IMG/VR virus record: IMGVR_UViG_3300032285_003957
Coordinates: 1 to 64,000 of that record
DNA from: a virus
Taxonomy: Duplodnaviria; Caudoviricetes
Length of the DNA: 64,000 nucleotides
Strand: one strand, 5' to 3'
Each line of letters opens with the position of its first letter. The stretch's first letter is position 1. The notes under the pieces were generated by a model that did no database searches, was not told the origin of the DNA, and saw nothing but the letters and a program-made list of their open reading frames with translations. Shown one piece after another: positions 26,956-37,067 of this stretch. The translations under genes were made by a program, and so were the position numbers.

Positions 26956-27066
26956 ATGGGAACAGCAGCACCTAAGAAAAGAGCAATGAGAAGCAGACGT
27001 TCAGGCGTTAAAAAAATTAAATTAGTTAAAGCTAATTTGGAAATTCTTAAGAAATTATCCGCGTAG
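26956..27066 (+). CDS. 36-aa highly basic peptide
   Basis: Manual translation MGTAAPKKRAMRSRRSGVKKIKLVKANLEILKKLSA*. Confidence 0.55.
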   Translation: MGTAAPKKRAMRSRRSGVKKIKLVKANLEILKKLSA

Positions 27067-27079
27067 TTAGTTATTGACA

Positions 27080-27088
27080 TGTGGATAA
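27080..27088 (-). promoter_or_regulatory. DnaA box
   Basis: TGTGGATAA on +, intergenic. Confidence 0.45.
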
Positions 27089-27164
27089 CTAATTAGTTGT
27101 TTATTTTTTATTGTAAAAAAACGAGAGTATATTTTATTATTCTTTAATAATAAAATGTAATGCA

Positions 27165-27752
27165 ATGAAAAACAGCATATGGCTTGACAAAGCTATCGAA
27201 CGCAAAAAAACCAAAAACAAAGTAAGTAAAGAAGAGTTACAAATGAACATCAATGATTTCGTCTGTAAGCTTTATTGTGATTGCGACCCCGCATCTTATG
27301 GTAAATGGTTGGAAAAGAAATTCATCTTAGATTCAATGGGATATGTTTCAACCATTAACGCAAAACAAGACAAAGGTGAAATGTTAATTGGTGAACAAAT
27401 TAACGAAATGAAATCGTCTTATTTTAACCAAGCAAAGGTTTATCGTTTAGCTAATTTGAGAGTTTGGCAAAAAATAAACAATTACATATTGTTTTTGATT
27501 GATACTGAAGACAACTTTAAGTTAAGGGTTTTTATGGTTGATAAAAACGTCATTTATGAAAACTTAAATTTTGCACCGATGGATAATACGTTCAATGTGA
27601 ATGAAGGAAACGAGAAGGTTAATATGGGAACAACATTCAGAAAGGAATTTATTGAAGTATTGGAACAAAACAACAAATTAAGAAGTTCAAATTATGATGA
27701 CTTATTAATTTACGCCGCGATAAACGGTAATAAGAAATCTCAGGTTAGTTAA
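27165..27752 (+). CDS. hypothetical protein
   Basis: ORF track. Confidence 0.75.
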   Translation: MKNSIWLDKAIERKKTKNKVSKEELQMNINDFVCKLYCDCDPASYGKWLEKKFILDSMGYVSTINAKQDKGEMLIGEQINEMKSSYFNQAKVYRLANLRVWQKINNYILFLIDTEDNFKLRVFMVDKNVIYENLNFAPMDNTFNVNEGNEKVNMGTTFRKEFIEVLEQNNKLRSSNYDDLLIYAAINGNKKSQVS

Positions 27753-27776
27753 GTATATTATGGATATTTATAACTA

Positions 27777-29570
27777 ATGAAGTTATTTGATTTTATCGAT
27801 TGGGACCTTTTAGAGGAGTCAGTTCAAGATGTTGAAGCTATTCGTCAGAAATATTATTCTGAAATTGGTAATAGATTTCATACAATTGCTGTTGCTGATA
27901 AATTCACTAAATTAGATAATGACGGTAACATAGTAAAGCTTGGTAAATATGCAAGATTATTATTGAACCTTTACCAAATGGGAGGTTTACTGATTGAGGA
28001 TTTACCTTTAGCTAAAGATTATATTAATATCCTTTATGATAGAAATGTGAGTGTTCCTTGGCATCAAATCAGGGAACTCTCAGATTTGTATCCATATGTT
28101 CAAAAATACATCGCGAAAAACGATATGCCGTTTCAGGATGTGTTACCATATTTGGAAGCGGGTAAAGATTATATTAAACATGAACCCGCAGATAGTAACT
28201 ACGAAATTTATCAACCTTTAACTGAAAAGGGTGCGGCATATTTGGGTGTTGGTGCTGAATGGTGCACAACATGGGGACCGTATTCTTTAAACCCAAGAAA
28301 CAAATCCAAAAGCAACAGATTTGCGGCCTACAGTAAAGAAGGGCCATTATTTATTTTAGTCAATAAGACTGATAATAATGATAGAGCACAATTTCATTTC
28401 AAAGACGAAGAATTTAAAAATTTATCAAATAGAGACGCGGACACTAAAAAATATTTTGAAGATAATGGCGTATTCAATTTCTTTTTTCCATTTGAAAAAG
28501 ATGGGCAAGAAATTTCCGATGAACAACTTAAAGAATATAAAAAATTCATAAAACTTTTACCTAAGGATAAAGAACAAACCATAAAAGAAAAATACGCTGA
28601 GCGTTTTGGTTCTTTTGGTGCCACTTCATTGAATATAGATATCGACGAATTTGACGAGGAAGAATATTTTGCATTGGTTCCCGATAAAAGTGTTAGAAGT
28701 ATTGAAATTACACGTAGTGGGGATGTTAGTTTTCAAGTTGATTTACCATCTAATTATAACGTTGAAAGTCTTGATAGGTATCTTAGTAGTTTACATCACA
28801 GTAAAAACGATAGTTCACCATCAGAATGGATGGGTGAATTTGAAGATGATTTACATCAAATGTTTATGAGTTTTGCTGAAAATAACCAAGATTTTTTAAT
28901 CGGTATATACGGTAATTCAGCCAAAGATTATAAAGGATTATGGGATAGATTTGGTCAAATTTTTATTGAGAAATTTTATGATGATTACGCAAGTAAATTC
29001 GATGAAATTAATTACGCAAATGTTGATGCGGGTTATGACCGTTTACTTAGACAAGTTGAAGAAAGAATTACGGTTAATCGAGATAATGAAGTTGTATTTG
29101 AATTAAATTCATATAACGATTTTGTCGATGCAAATCAATTAAATGAAATCGATAATTTTAATAAATTTTTGGAAAGATATATCGACTTTTACGATTTAAA
29201 TTTAGAGGATTACGGTGCTGATATTGATTGGGAGTGGCCTCATTGGGGTGATTTTGAAAATGAGATTAAAGAATGGTTTGAGTCAGGCGTAACAGAAAAT
29301 ATGTCTCAAACAAGAAAACAATTGAATGACATCTTATCTAAATTCTTTAAAAAATACGGTCACACATATGAGGATAACGATAAACTATTACGTGTGGATG
29401 ACAGTAAAGTCGATTATGAAAATCAATCGGTTTACATCAACTATGTTGACAAGAATAGCAAAGAGAATTTTAATGGCTACGTTAAAATTGAAAATCTCCC
29501 GAAATACGTGTCAATGAACATGTTAGCCGAAACATATTTTAAATTCAAACGTCTTATTATATCAAAATAA
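27777..29570 (+). CDS. large phage protein with WCTT domain
   Basis: GAAYLGVGAEWCTTWG..Y..GPLFIL..RAQFHF; TATTTATA at 27765. Confidence 0.8.
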   Translation: MKLFDFIDWDLLEESVQDVEAIRQKYYSEIGNRFHTIAVADKFTKLDNDGNIVKLGKYARLLLNLYQMGGLLIEDLPLAKDYINILYDRNVSVPWHQIRELSDLYPYVQKYIAKNDMPFQDVLPYLEAGKDYIKHEPADSNYEIYQPLTEKGAAYLGVGAEWCTTWGPYSLNPRNKSKSNRFAAYSKEGPLFILVNKTDNNDRAQFHFKDEEFKNLSNRDADTKKYFEDNGVFNFFFPFEKDGQEISDEQLKEYKKFIKLLPKDKEQTIKEKYAERFGSFGATSLNIDIDEFDEEEYFALVPDKSVRSIEITRSGDVSFQVDLPSNYNVESLDRYLSSLHHSKNDSSPSEWMGEFEDDLHQMFMSFAENNQDFLIGIYGNSAKDYKGLWDRFGQIFIEKFYDDYASKFDEINYANVDAGYDRLLRQVEERITVNRDNEVVFELNSYNDFVDANQLNEIDNFNKFLERYIDFYDLNLEDYGADIDWEWPHWGDFENEIKEWFESGVTENMSQTRKQLNDILSKFFKKYGHTYEDNDKLLRVDDSKVDYENQSVYINYVDKNSKENFNGYVKIENLPKYVSMNMLAETYFKFKRLIISK

Positions 29571-29606
29571 ATGATATACTTACAATCGCATTTTTTCTTA
29601 ATATTT

Positions 29607-29638
29607 TTTGTTTCCCCCTTGAATTACGCTTACCTTTG
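29607..29638 (+). promoter_or_regulatory. Bacteroidota sigma70 promoter TTTG-N20-TACCTTTG
   Basis: Exact consensus. Confidence 0.75.
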
Positions 29639-29653
29639 TAAAAAATTTAACAT

Positions 29654-30433
29654 ATGGCGTATATCAAGAAAGAGTGGCCCGAATACACTTTGCAGGAATT
29701 GAAGAGCATAGCCAAGTCTTGTTCTTGTAAGGAGGAGTTCAGAGAGAAGTATCGATTACACTACAATTATTGTATCAGGCTTAAAATTTCAAAGGAGATT
29801 TTAAAATTGATACCTCACAAAAAGAAATGGACCAAAGAAATCTTATTGGAAAATGCAAGACAATATACTAAAAGGTCTGATTGGATGAAAGCCAACATAT
29901 CAGCATACAACACCGCATTAAAATCGGACTATTATGATGAATGTGTTGCACATATGGAAAAATTTGATTTTGGTAGAGAGAGGATTTGGACGTATGAATC
30001 AATTGCAGAAGTTTATAAGAAATATGATAACATCAAAGATTTACGAATAAACGATAACGCAGCTTATAATGCGGCTATCAGAATGGGTTATCATGATAAA
30101 CTTGGGGAGCATTTAGAAAGAGGTTGGTCATTGATGAAAAAATGGGATTTCACCAAAGTTGCTGAAGAAGCAAAAAAATATAACTCCATCAGTGAGCTTC
30201 AAAGAAACAACCCCTCAGCATACAATACCGCAATTAGAAATAAATGGTTAATGGATGTTATTGGACATATGAAAGGTGGTAACACAAAATGGACAATTGA
30301 AAAATTGGTCAATGTTTTATCGAAATATCCTAAGAATGAATGGTATAAAATAAAGGAGTGTCACGCGGCTTTTGTCTATATGAAACGACATCAACTTCAA
30401 AACAAGATTCTACAAGAAATCGATAAGAAATAG
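29654..30433 (+). CDS. basic helical-repeat protein (WTxE..AYNxA repeats)
   Basis: About six tandem repeats, e.g. WTKEILLENARQY..SAYNTAL and WTYESIAEVYKKY..AAYNAAI. Confidence 0.8.
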   Translation: MAYIKKEWPEYTLQELKSIAKSCSCKEEFREKYRLHYNYCIRLKISKEILKLIPHKKKWTKEILLENARQYTKRSDWMKANISAYNTALKSDYYDECVAHMEKFDFGRERIWTYESIAEVYKKYDNIKDLRINDNAAYNAAIRMGYHDKLGEHLERGWSLMKKWDFTKVAEEAKKYNSISELQRNNPSAYNTAIRNKWLMDVIGHMKGGNTKWTIEKLVNVLSKYPKNEWYKIKECHAAFVYMKRHQLQNKILQEIDKK

Positions 30434-30532
30434 TTTATTTTAATTTAATAATAGGATATATTACCCCTGGTACCACAAGTATCGGGGGTTTTTATTTTAT
30501 TTAGATATTTATATAGAAATAAGAACAAAAAA

Positions 30533-30685
30533 ATGGCTAAAATTAAAATTACTGAATCACAATTAGAGAGATTGGTGAAGGAAAACGCAAAAACTCAACC
30601 TGTTGTGTCAGAATCAACTAATAAAAAAAATAATATTAATGAAGCCGTGAAGAAAATAATGGCTGATTTTAAAAGATTTAAATAA
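30533..30685 (+). CDS. 50-aa protein, ITESQL leader
   Basis: Manual translation MAKIKITESQLERLVKENAK...; TATTTATA at 30506. Confidence 0.65.
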   Translation: MAKIKITESQLERLVKENAKTQPVVSESTNKKNNINEAVKKIMADFKRFK

Positions 30686-30686
30686 T

Positions 30687-31955
30687 ATGGCTAAAAGAAT
30701 TATCAAATTAACTGAGTCTCAATTAAGACAAATTGTTAGTAAAGTTATTAACGAACAAGCAGCACCATCACCTAATCCGGCCGCACCGGCAGCTCCTGCT
30801 ACAGGTGGCGCTATCGGTAGACCAACTCAAGAAGATACTCAAATCTCAGCTGCATTATACAAAGCAGTTTTTGGTGCGGGAACTGATGAAGAAGGATGGG
30901 TTGCAGCTACTACTCAAATAAAAGATGCTAATCAATTTTGGAGAATTAATAACAGATTAGAAGACATTACTCAAGAAGATTATGCCAAACTTCTCAACGG
31001 TGATTTTGGAACGGATGATGGTAAGTATGTTCAACAGTGCGTAAACCACCTTAAAAGTATAGGTATTCAAACTGAAGCAACAATAAGTGGCGATAATTAT
31101 ACTGAAAATTCTTTTAAAATTGTAACAAAAAATCCAGAGGATGCACCACAAGATGCTGCCAATAGACAAAAATTAATTAATTCTGTTTATTGTTCTGTTA
31201 AAATGTCTGGTGGAACAACAAGTAACATGGCGTCTATGACAGCTGGAACAATCTATCTTGACCCATCGTTTGCTGGTGCTATGTCAGGTTCAATGGCGTA
31301 TAATGGTCAACCTTGGGCGGCTTTCGTTACTGAACAAAAACCAACAGACGCAGAACTTGCAGCTGCAAAAGCAACTTGTCCTGAATCAGATTTAGCTAAA
31401 ATGCCAGAAGAAACACCAAGACAAAAAGCAATAAGTGCCGCTTATTGTTCTGTAAAAGGTGGTAAAATAGCTGTTCCAGGTCAATTGTATGATGGTATGG
31501 ATTGGACAGCGTTTTCAACAACATATAAACCAACAGATGCGGAACTTGCGGCAGCAAAAGCGAAATGTCCAGATTCTGAATTAGCAAAAGCACCTGCCGT
31601 TAAACCAAAAGCACAATTCACAAAAAGTGATGACAAATTCCCATTAAAGTATCTTCAATTCGGTCCAAAAATCGGTGAGATGCAAAAAGCTATGGGTATG
31701 TCTGGTGACACGTATTTTGGAAATACAACAGAAGCGGGTGTTAAATCAAAAGCTCCTGAGTATAAGAGAGAAACTGGAGTTACTGAAGACATCTTCAATA
31801 AAATTAAAGCAGCGGCTCCTACAACAGCTACAACTACACCTGCGGCAGCTCCCGCAGCTCCTACAACTGCAACACCTGCAGCAGCACCTGCTACACCACC
31901 TCCACCAACGGAGGCTGACTTACAAGCAAGTCCAAACACATTAAATCCATATTAA
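30687..31955 (+). CDS. multidomain protein: LTESQL leader, annexin-like GAGTDE module, two Cys repeats, PG-binding-like domain, P/A/T-rich tail
   Basis: Motifs read directly. Confidence 0.75.
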   Translation: MAKRIIKLTESQLRQIVSKVINEQAAPSPNPAAPAAPATGGAIGRPTQEDTQISAALYKAVFGAGTDEEGWVAATTQIKDANQFWRINNRLEDITQEDYAKLLNGDFGTDDGKYVQQCVNHLKSIGIQTEATISGDNYTENSFKIVTKNPEDAPQDAANRQKLINSVYCSVKMSGGTTSNMASMTAGTIYLDPSFAGAMSGSMAYNGQPWAAFVTEQKPTDAELAAAKATCPESDLAKMPEETPRQKAISAAYCSVKGGKIAVPGQLYDGMDWTAFSTTYKPTDAELAAAKAKCPDSELAKAPAVKPKAQFTKSDDKFPLKYLQFGPKIGEMQKAMGMSGDTYFGNTTEAGVKSKAPEYKRETGVTEDIFNKIKAAAPTTATTTPAAAPAAPTTATPAAAPATPPPPTEADLQASPNTLNPY

Positions 31956-31963
31956 TAAAAGAG

Positions 31964-31986
31964 CCCCTCTAAAAGAGGGGTTTTTT
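31964..31986 (+). terminator. intrinsic terminator
   Basis: CCCCTCT..AGAGGGG plus T6. Confidence 0.8.
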
Positions 31987-32000
31987 GTATATTTATTGTT

Positions 32001-32594
32001 ATGATTATATCAATAACTGAATCACAATTCAATAGAATTTTTGAACATAAAACTGTCACATGCGATAATTGTGGATGGGAATGGAAATTATCTGATGGTG
32101 GTAATGAACCATATAAATGTCATAAATGTGGACATACAAGTGAAGAACAAGATATGGACGAAAGAAGTCGTAGCTTTGCTTTTACCAGAAAAAAAAGAAA
32201 GTTTAGTCAACCTGAAAGAATGGCTAACCCTTTGAGATACAAAGAGGTAGATAGAATACCAAAAGAAGAAATAGATGAAACAAGTCGTTCACTTGCGTTA
32301 ACAAGAAAGATTAAAATATTTGATAAGACGGCGGTTGAATATGCGCACCCAAGATTCAGTCATCACGTTAAAAGACTAAAAGGTGTTGTTAAAACTAATT
32401 TAGACGAGAACGATGTGCCAATATCACCTGACCATATAAAATGGGTGGAGAAGTTTAACGAGGGCGGAAAGGTTATTAGTTGTCCTAATTGTAGAAAAAA
32501 ATTTATACAAACAACACATAAGAAAAAGAAATCATTACCGATATGTCCCACATGTGGGACACACGTTCAACAAGATAAAAAGGAGGGCGAATAA
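32001..32594 (+). CDS. zinc-ribbon protein, ITESQF leader
   Basis: CDNC..CHKC and CPNC..CPTC. Confidence 0.75.
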   Translation: MIISITESQFNRIFEHKTVTCDNCGWEWKLSDGGNEPYKCHKCGHTSEEQDMDERSRSFAFTRKKRKFSQPERMANPLRYKEVDRIPKEEIDETSRSLALTRKIKIFDKTAVEYAHPRFSHHVKRLKGVVKTNLDENDVPISPDHIKWVEKFNEGGKVISCPNCRKKFIQTTHKKKKSLPICPTCGTHVQQDKKEGE

Positions 32595-32630
32595 CCCTCC
32601 TTATTTATTTAGACCTTGTGATTAGTTTAT

Positions 32631-33452
32631 TTAGAATTTAGTTCCGCAATTTGGGCAGAACTTATGTGTGTCTTTTTTTCTCTTACTACCACACTCTGTG
32701 CAGTAAGTAACCAAATCTTCTCTCATAATTGGTTTAGTTGATTGTGGTTTGATTTTCCACCAATTTGTCATAAATGGATAACTATTAAATGATGTGTTAT
32801 CGTATGTGAAAGATTGGTTAGAATTTGAACCTTTTTCTACTCTACCGGTTTCTACTTTTCTCAATGGTGAAATTGGTGGTTCTTGTGAAACAAATGTTCT
32901 AATATTTGAAGTAGAGCTTGTTAAAGAAGAGTTATAAAACGCATTTGTGCTCGTTGTTGTAAAAGTCCCATGAGTTGGTATTGTCATACCACCCAAAGTA
33001 TTATGCGTTGTATAAGTAAACGGTGTGGTATTATTAACATTCCAAGATGGGCTGTTAATTGTTAACGTATTTGCACCATTATAATATGAAAGTGTTTCAT
33101 TATAGAACTTAACAACTACATCACCATTGTTGGCGATTGCTTGTTTAACCTCCTCGTTATTCCCATTTACAACGTATGTTTCAAACAAAAACTTCTTCGC
33201 CTCATCAAGATATCTTTCAAGAAAGATACGTTCACCAGGACGAAGTATAATACCATTACCAATGGAATTACCGTTCATCTCGATTTTTGCTAAAATTTTA
33301 TTTTGTGTGGGGTTGTAAAGTTCGATTTCGAACTCATCACCGTTATTAAGATAAACGGTGTCAATGTGCTGTTTTAATCTTTGTTTACTCTTAGTAATAA
33401 AAGATTGTGGCGCAGCAAAACCAGTTGTGTTAACTGAAATTCTTCTGTTCAT
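32631..33452 (-). CDS. hypothetical protein with C-terminal zinc ribbon
   Basis: CTECG..FCPNCG; start moved to MNRR. Confidence 0.8.
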   Translation of the reverse strand: MNRRISVNTTGFAAPQSFITKSKQRLKQHIDTVYLNNGDEFEIELYNPTQNKILAKIEMNGNSIGNGIILRPGERIFLERYLDEAKKFLFETYVVNGNNEEVKQAIANNGDVVVKFYNETLSYYNGANTLTINSPSWNVNNTTPFTYTTHNTLGGMTIPTHGTFTTTSTNAFYNSSLTSSTSNIRTFVSQEPPISPLRKVETGRVEKGSNSNQSFTYDNTSFNSYPFMTNWWKIKPQSTKPIMREDLVTYCTECGSKRKKDTHKFCPNCGTKF

Positions 33453-33618
33453 TTCCTTATATTTTTTTGTATTTGAACCCGAATTCGTTGGTATCAATTC
33501 CAACTCAAATGCCACAAGGACACTTCCGATTCAACCACAAGGTCTATTAATAAGTATGAAAAATTTTAAAAAAGGTAAAGAGTATTTATAATAATAAACT
33601 AATACAAACGAAAAACAT

Positions 33619-34470
33619 ATGTTATTAAAATTAGGATCTGAAGGAGAAGATGTAAAAAAACTCCAAACTAAATTGGGTGTGGACCCTATAGGTAAGTTCG
33701 GACCTAAAACCGAAGCAGCTGTTAAAGCTTGGCAATCTGAACACGGTTTATCTGCAGATGGAATTGTTGGTGACAAAACATGGGCGGTTATTATGGGTAT
33801 TTCAGAATCAACACCAGTAAGTGCACCAACAGTAATTACTGAACCCGCACCTGTTAAAAGTGTCGGCGGTTTAAAATTAGAAGCCTTAAGAGGTCATGTT
33901 CCTGATGCTGTTATTGCACAGATTCCTGATACCGCGGCTAAATTTGAAATCAATACACCTTTGCGTTTAGCTCACTTCTTGGCACAATGTGGTCACGAAT
34001 CAGGTGGATTTAGATTAACAAAAGAAAATTTAAATTATTCTGCAAAAGGTCTAAATGGAACGTTTAAAAAATATTTCCCAACATTAGATTCGGCTTTACC
34101 ATATGAAAGAAAACCTGAAAAAATTGCCAATAGAGTATATGGTGGTAGAATGGGTAACGGCCCTGAATCATCTGGAGATGGTGCAAAATATTGCGGTCGT
34201 GGTTATATCCAATTAACCGGTAAAGACAACTACACAGCATTTGGTAAATCAATCAATGAGGATATTTGTTCAGCACCTGAAAAAGTTGCATCATCATATG
34301 CATTATTATCAGCAGCTTGGTTCTTTAATAAGAATAAGTTACATATTATGGCAGACGGCGGCGCAAGCGATGCTGTTGTAACATCAATTACGAAAAGAGT
34401 GAATGGTGGAACAATTGGTCTTCCTGACCGTATCAAACACTTTAACGAATTTTATAATTTATTAAAATAA
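33619..34470 (+). CDS. endolysin: peptidoglycan-binding domain plus glycoside hydrolase family 19
   Basis: LKLGSEGEDVKKLQ..DGIVG..TW (PGBD); RLAHFLAQCGHESGGF, GRGYIQLTG, ITKRVNGG (GH19). Confidence 0.92.
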   Translation: MLLKLGSEGEDVKKLQTKLGVDPIGKFGPKTEAAVKAWQSEHGLSADGIVGDKTWAVIMGISESTPVSAPTVITEPAPVKSVGGLKLEALRGHVPDAVIAQIPDTAAKFEINTPLRLAHFLAQCGHESGGFRLTKENLNYSAKGLNGTFKKYFPTLDSALPYERKPEKIANRVYGGRMGNGPESSGDGAKYCGRGYIQLTGKDNYTAFGKSINEDICSAPEKVASSYALLSAAWFFNKNKLHIMADGGASDAVVTSITKRVNGGTIGLPDRIKHFNEFYNLLK

Positions 34471-34498
34471 AAAAAAGGGACTTTATAGTCCCTTTTTT
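34471..34498. terminator. bidirectional terminator
   Basis: A6-GGGAC..GTCCC-T6 between convergent genes. Confidence 0.8.
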
Positions 34499-36087
34499 AT
34501 TTCACCCAAATCAGCATATTCAGGTTTTACTTCGCTTGTTTCTTTAATTTTTTCTATTACCGATAAGAATTGTTTTTGACTTAAAATGTAAGCGTAACGC
34601 TCGTTACGATGTTCTGTTTCGGTTTCAAGTGTGTAAAATTTATGATTGTTGTTATCCACATTTACATATTCTGAAACAACATACATATCAACATCACCAT
34701 CAGGTAATTCATATGGGATGTCAATTGTGTTAACATGTTTATATCTATCGTCATAATAAACGCCATCATGTTTTAACCAATCACTATCATTTACATTGTA
34801 TATTCCATATAGATAGCTACTGTCTTGATAAACCCTAACGTTCTTATCTTTTTTACCATAGTATGCAACGCTACATGAATGTTCAATAAAATATTTAACC
34901 AAGTATGAAATACCACCAACACCAAGAACGTTCAATCTATTGTTTAAAGATGCTGCATCTTGTTTAATTGTTTTGATGTAATCAAATAATGGTTTACTAC
35001 CAAAACGCTCAAATATCGTATCATTTTCGGTCATGTTGATGTAGGCTTTTCTTAAATCCTCATCCATATATTCCCATGAAACTGGTTTGGTAATTAACTT
35101 ACCTCTATGTATGTATTGTCTTTGTAATGAACCTGAAAGACTCGCAAACTCATATTGTGAACCTTCTGTTTCAGAAATTCTATCAACAATATCGCTTGAA
35201 TCTTCAATTTCGGTTGATTCATCATATTTAACAGCGACAATTTTATCAAGATGTGCTTCTAATTTTGGATATGTTTGAAGTAATTTTTCACGAGAAAATT
35301 CAGGGTCAGAACCGTTATTTAAAATGCTTGTAACTCTAAAGCCTGAACGAGTATCTGCAGATGTTTGTAAAGCTGATAAATAATATTGTGCAACTTGCGG
35401 ATTAGTTTCGACTGCAGGACTTTTAGTTTCGTCAATAACAAAATAGAATGTTCTTGGATATGTTCTATTTCTATAACTCACATATAAGTTATCATTTCTA
35501 TTCCATCTTGTTGTGCACCATTGCATATGCGACTCTGGTTGATTTTTGAAAAAATCACTATTCGTTACATATTGTTCATAATAACCAAAATAAATTGAGC
35601 TTTTTCTATCAGGTATCGCATAAACTCTAAAATCACCTTCATCAATGATTAGGTATTCATTTTGACCATACCATAATTCTTTTGAAGCCTCAACCAATTT
35701 ATCATTTGGTTTTAAATCGTGACCTTTTAATGCTGCAGGAACTTTGGATTCAACTGGCTGTGGTGTGTTACCATCACTATTTGGTAAATCGGTAAAAAAT
35801 TCACCGATTAAAAATCTCATTTGTTGGTATGAAAATTTTTGAGGTATTGTTAAATCCTCATCTTTAAAATCGTTAAATTTACGTTTAAATCTTTTAATTT
35901 GAGGTAGTTGTGGACCAAGTCTCTTTGAATTTTTTAGTTCAACATATTTCATTATCAAATACTCACCTTCAGCTTTTTGAGCTTCAGTCGGTTCAGGACC
36001 ATACCAAACATTAATCAAGTTCAATAACTTCTTGTCTTTTATCTCTTCCAATACCAAATCAAAGACAATATCAGCAATTTTTATCAT
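34483..36087 (-). CDS. large phage protein with WCTT domain
   Basis: HMQWCTTRW..Y..RTFYFVID; MIKIADIVFDLVLEE leader. Confidence 0.8.
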   Translation of the reverse strand: MIKIADIVFDLVLEEIKDKKLLNLINVWYGPEPTEAQKAEGEYLIMKYVELKNSKRLGPQLPQIKRFKRKFNDFKDEDLTIPQKFSYQQMRFLIGEFFTDLPNSDGNTPQPVESKVPAALKGHDLKPNDKLVEASKELWYGQNEYLIIDEGDFRVYAIPDRKSSIYFGYYEQYVTNSDFFKNQPESHMQWCTTRWNRNDNLYVSYRNRTYPRTFYFVIDETKSPAVETNPQVAQYYLSALQTSADTRSGFRVTSILNNGSDPEFSREKLLQTYPKLEAHLDKIVAVKYDESTEIEDSSDIVDRISETEGSQYEFASLSGSLQRQYIHRGKLITKPVSWEYMDEDLRKAYINMTENDTIFERFGSKPLFDYIKTIKQDAASLNNRLNVLGVGGISYLVKYFIEHSCSVAYYGKKDKNVRVYQDSSYLYGIYNVNDSDWLKHDGVYYDDRYKHVNTIDIPYELPDGDVDMYVVSEYVNVDNNNHKFYTLETETEHRNERYAYILSQKQFLSVIEKIKETSEVKPEYADLGEIKKGL

Positions 36088-36143
36088 ATCCAAATAAATA
36101 TACTATAAATATCTAACAATAGGAATAATTATCGATAAGAGAT

Positions 36144-36713
36144 ATGCCAAACGAATTTTTAACTAAAGTAGGATATTACGATATCTACATCAACAAAACA
36201 TCTAAATCCACAAAATATATTGTGGATAGCGGTAAAACGATTTTTATAGCCAAATTAAGGAAGTATATTATCAATCCGTATAGAGATTGTAAGGAGTTTA
36301 CATCATTGGAAAAAGCTAAGGAATACGCTCAAAATACACTTAAAAAGAAAGCTAAAGTTAAACAAAAGAAAATTGATAAATTACCTAAGTCACTTTATTT
36401 AGTCTTAATTAAAGAAGAGAGTTCAGGTAAAACGTTTGTTAAGGTTGGTATTACTTCTAAGCGATTCATTATGCGACGTTTCAGTAAAGCTTATGGATAT
36501 GAGGGATATGTAGTTGATACAATCCTAAGAAGAATCGATGATGTTGATGCTGAGAAATTGGAATCACAAATTAAAGACAAACTAAATAAAAAAAGGTCTG
36601 TTAAAAAATACAGACCTCTTTTGGAATCGTTTTCGGGTTATTCCGAGTGTTTTGATTATATGTGTTTAAATGAGATAATTGAAATTTTTGATTCTTGTGT
36701 TAATAAATCTTAA
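36144..36713 (+). CDS. GIY-YIG/T5orf172-like nuclease-domain protein
   Basis: LYLVLI..FVKVGIT..RRF..EKLE..YSECF. Confidence 0.5.
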   Translation: MPNEFLTKVGYYDIYINKTSKSTKYIVDSGKTIFIAKLRKYIINPYRDCKEFTSLEKAKEYAQNTLKKKAKVKQKKIDKLPKSLYLVLIKEESSGKTFVKVGITSKRFIMRRFSKAYGYEGYVVDTILRRIDDVDAEKLESQIKDKLNKKRSVKKYRPLLESFSGYSECFDYMCLNEIIEIFDSCVNKS

Positions 36714-37066
36714 GCTCCTGCAACACTTACCATTAATTTACCATTTTGTGCATATACTGTTGCTTGTTTGATGCTTGGACTTTGAATCATAATTTCATCA
36801 CCGGGTTTAAATGTTAAACTATCTTTTGGTAATATAGTCATGTTTTGGGTTATCAATACACCGCCTTTTGCTGGTTTACCTTTTACAGGTCCAACAACTG
36901 TGCAAGTTTGATTTCTTAATTTGGTTACTAAACCATCGTAAAAAGATCTATCAGATACTGCTTGACTTATTGATGTTGTTAAACTACCTCCCATAGAGGA
37001 TTGTTGTTCATTTAATTGATTGTCAATAATTTTTTTGATTTGTGATTCTGTGAAAATATATTTCAT
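36710..37066 (-). CDS. hypothetical protein, FTESQI..LNEQ leader
   Basis: ORF track. Confidence 0.75.
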   Translation of the reverse strand: MKYIFTESQIKKIIDNQLNEQQSSMGGSLTTSISQAVSDRSFYDGLVTKLRNQTCTVVGPVKGKPAKGGVLITQNMTILPKDSLTFKPGDEIMIQSPSIKQATVYAQNGKLMVSVAGA

Positions 37067-37067
37067 A

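Noticed and set aside
34652-34660. DnaA box TTATCCACA
   Set aside because: Inside a coding sequence (VDN codons); likely chance
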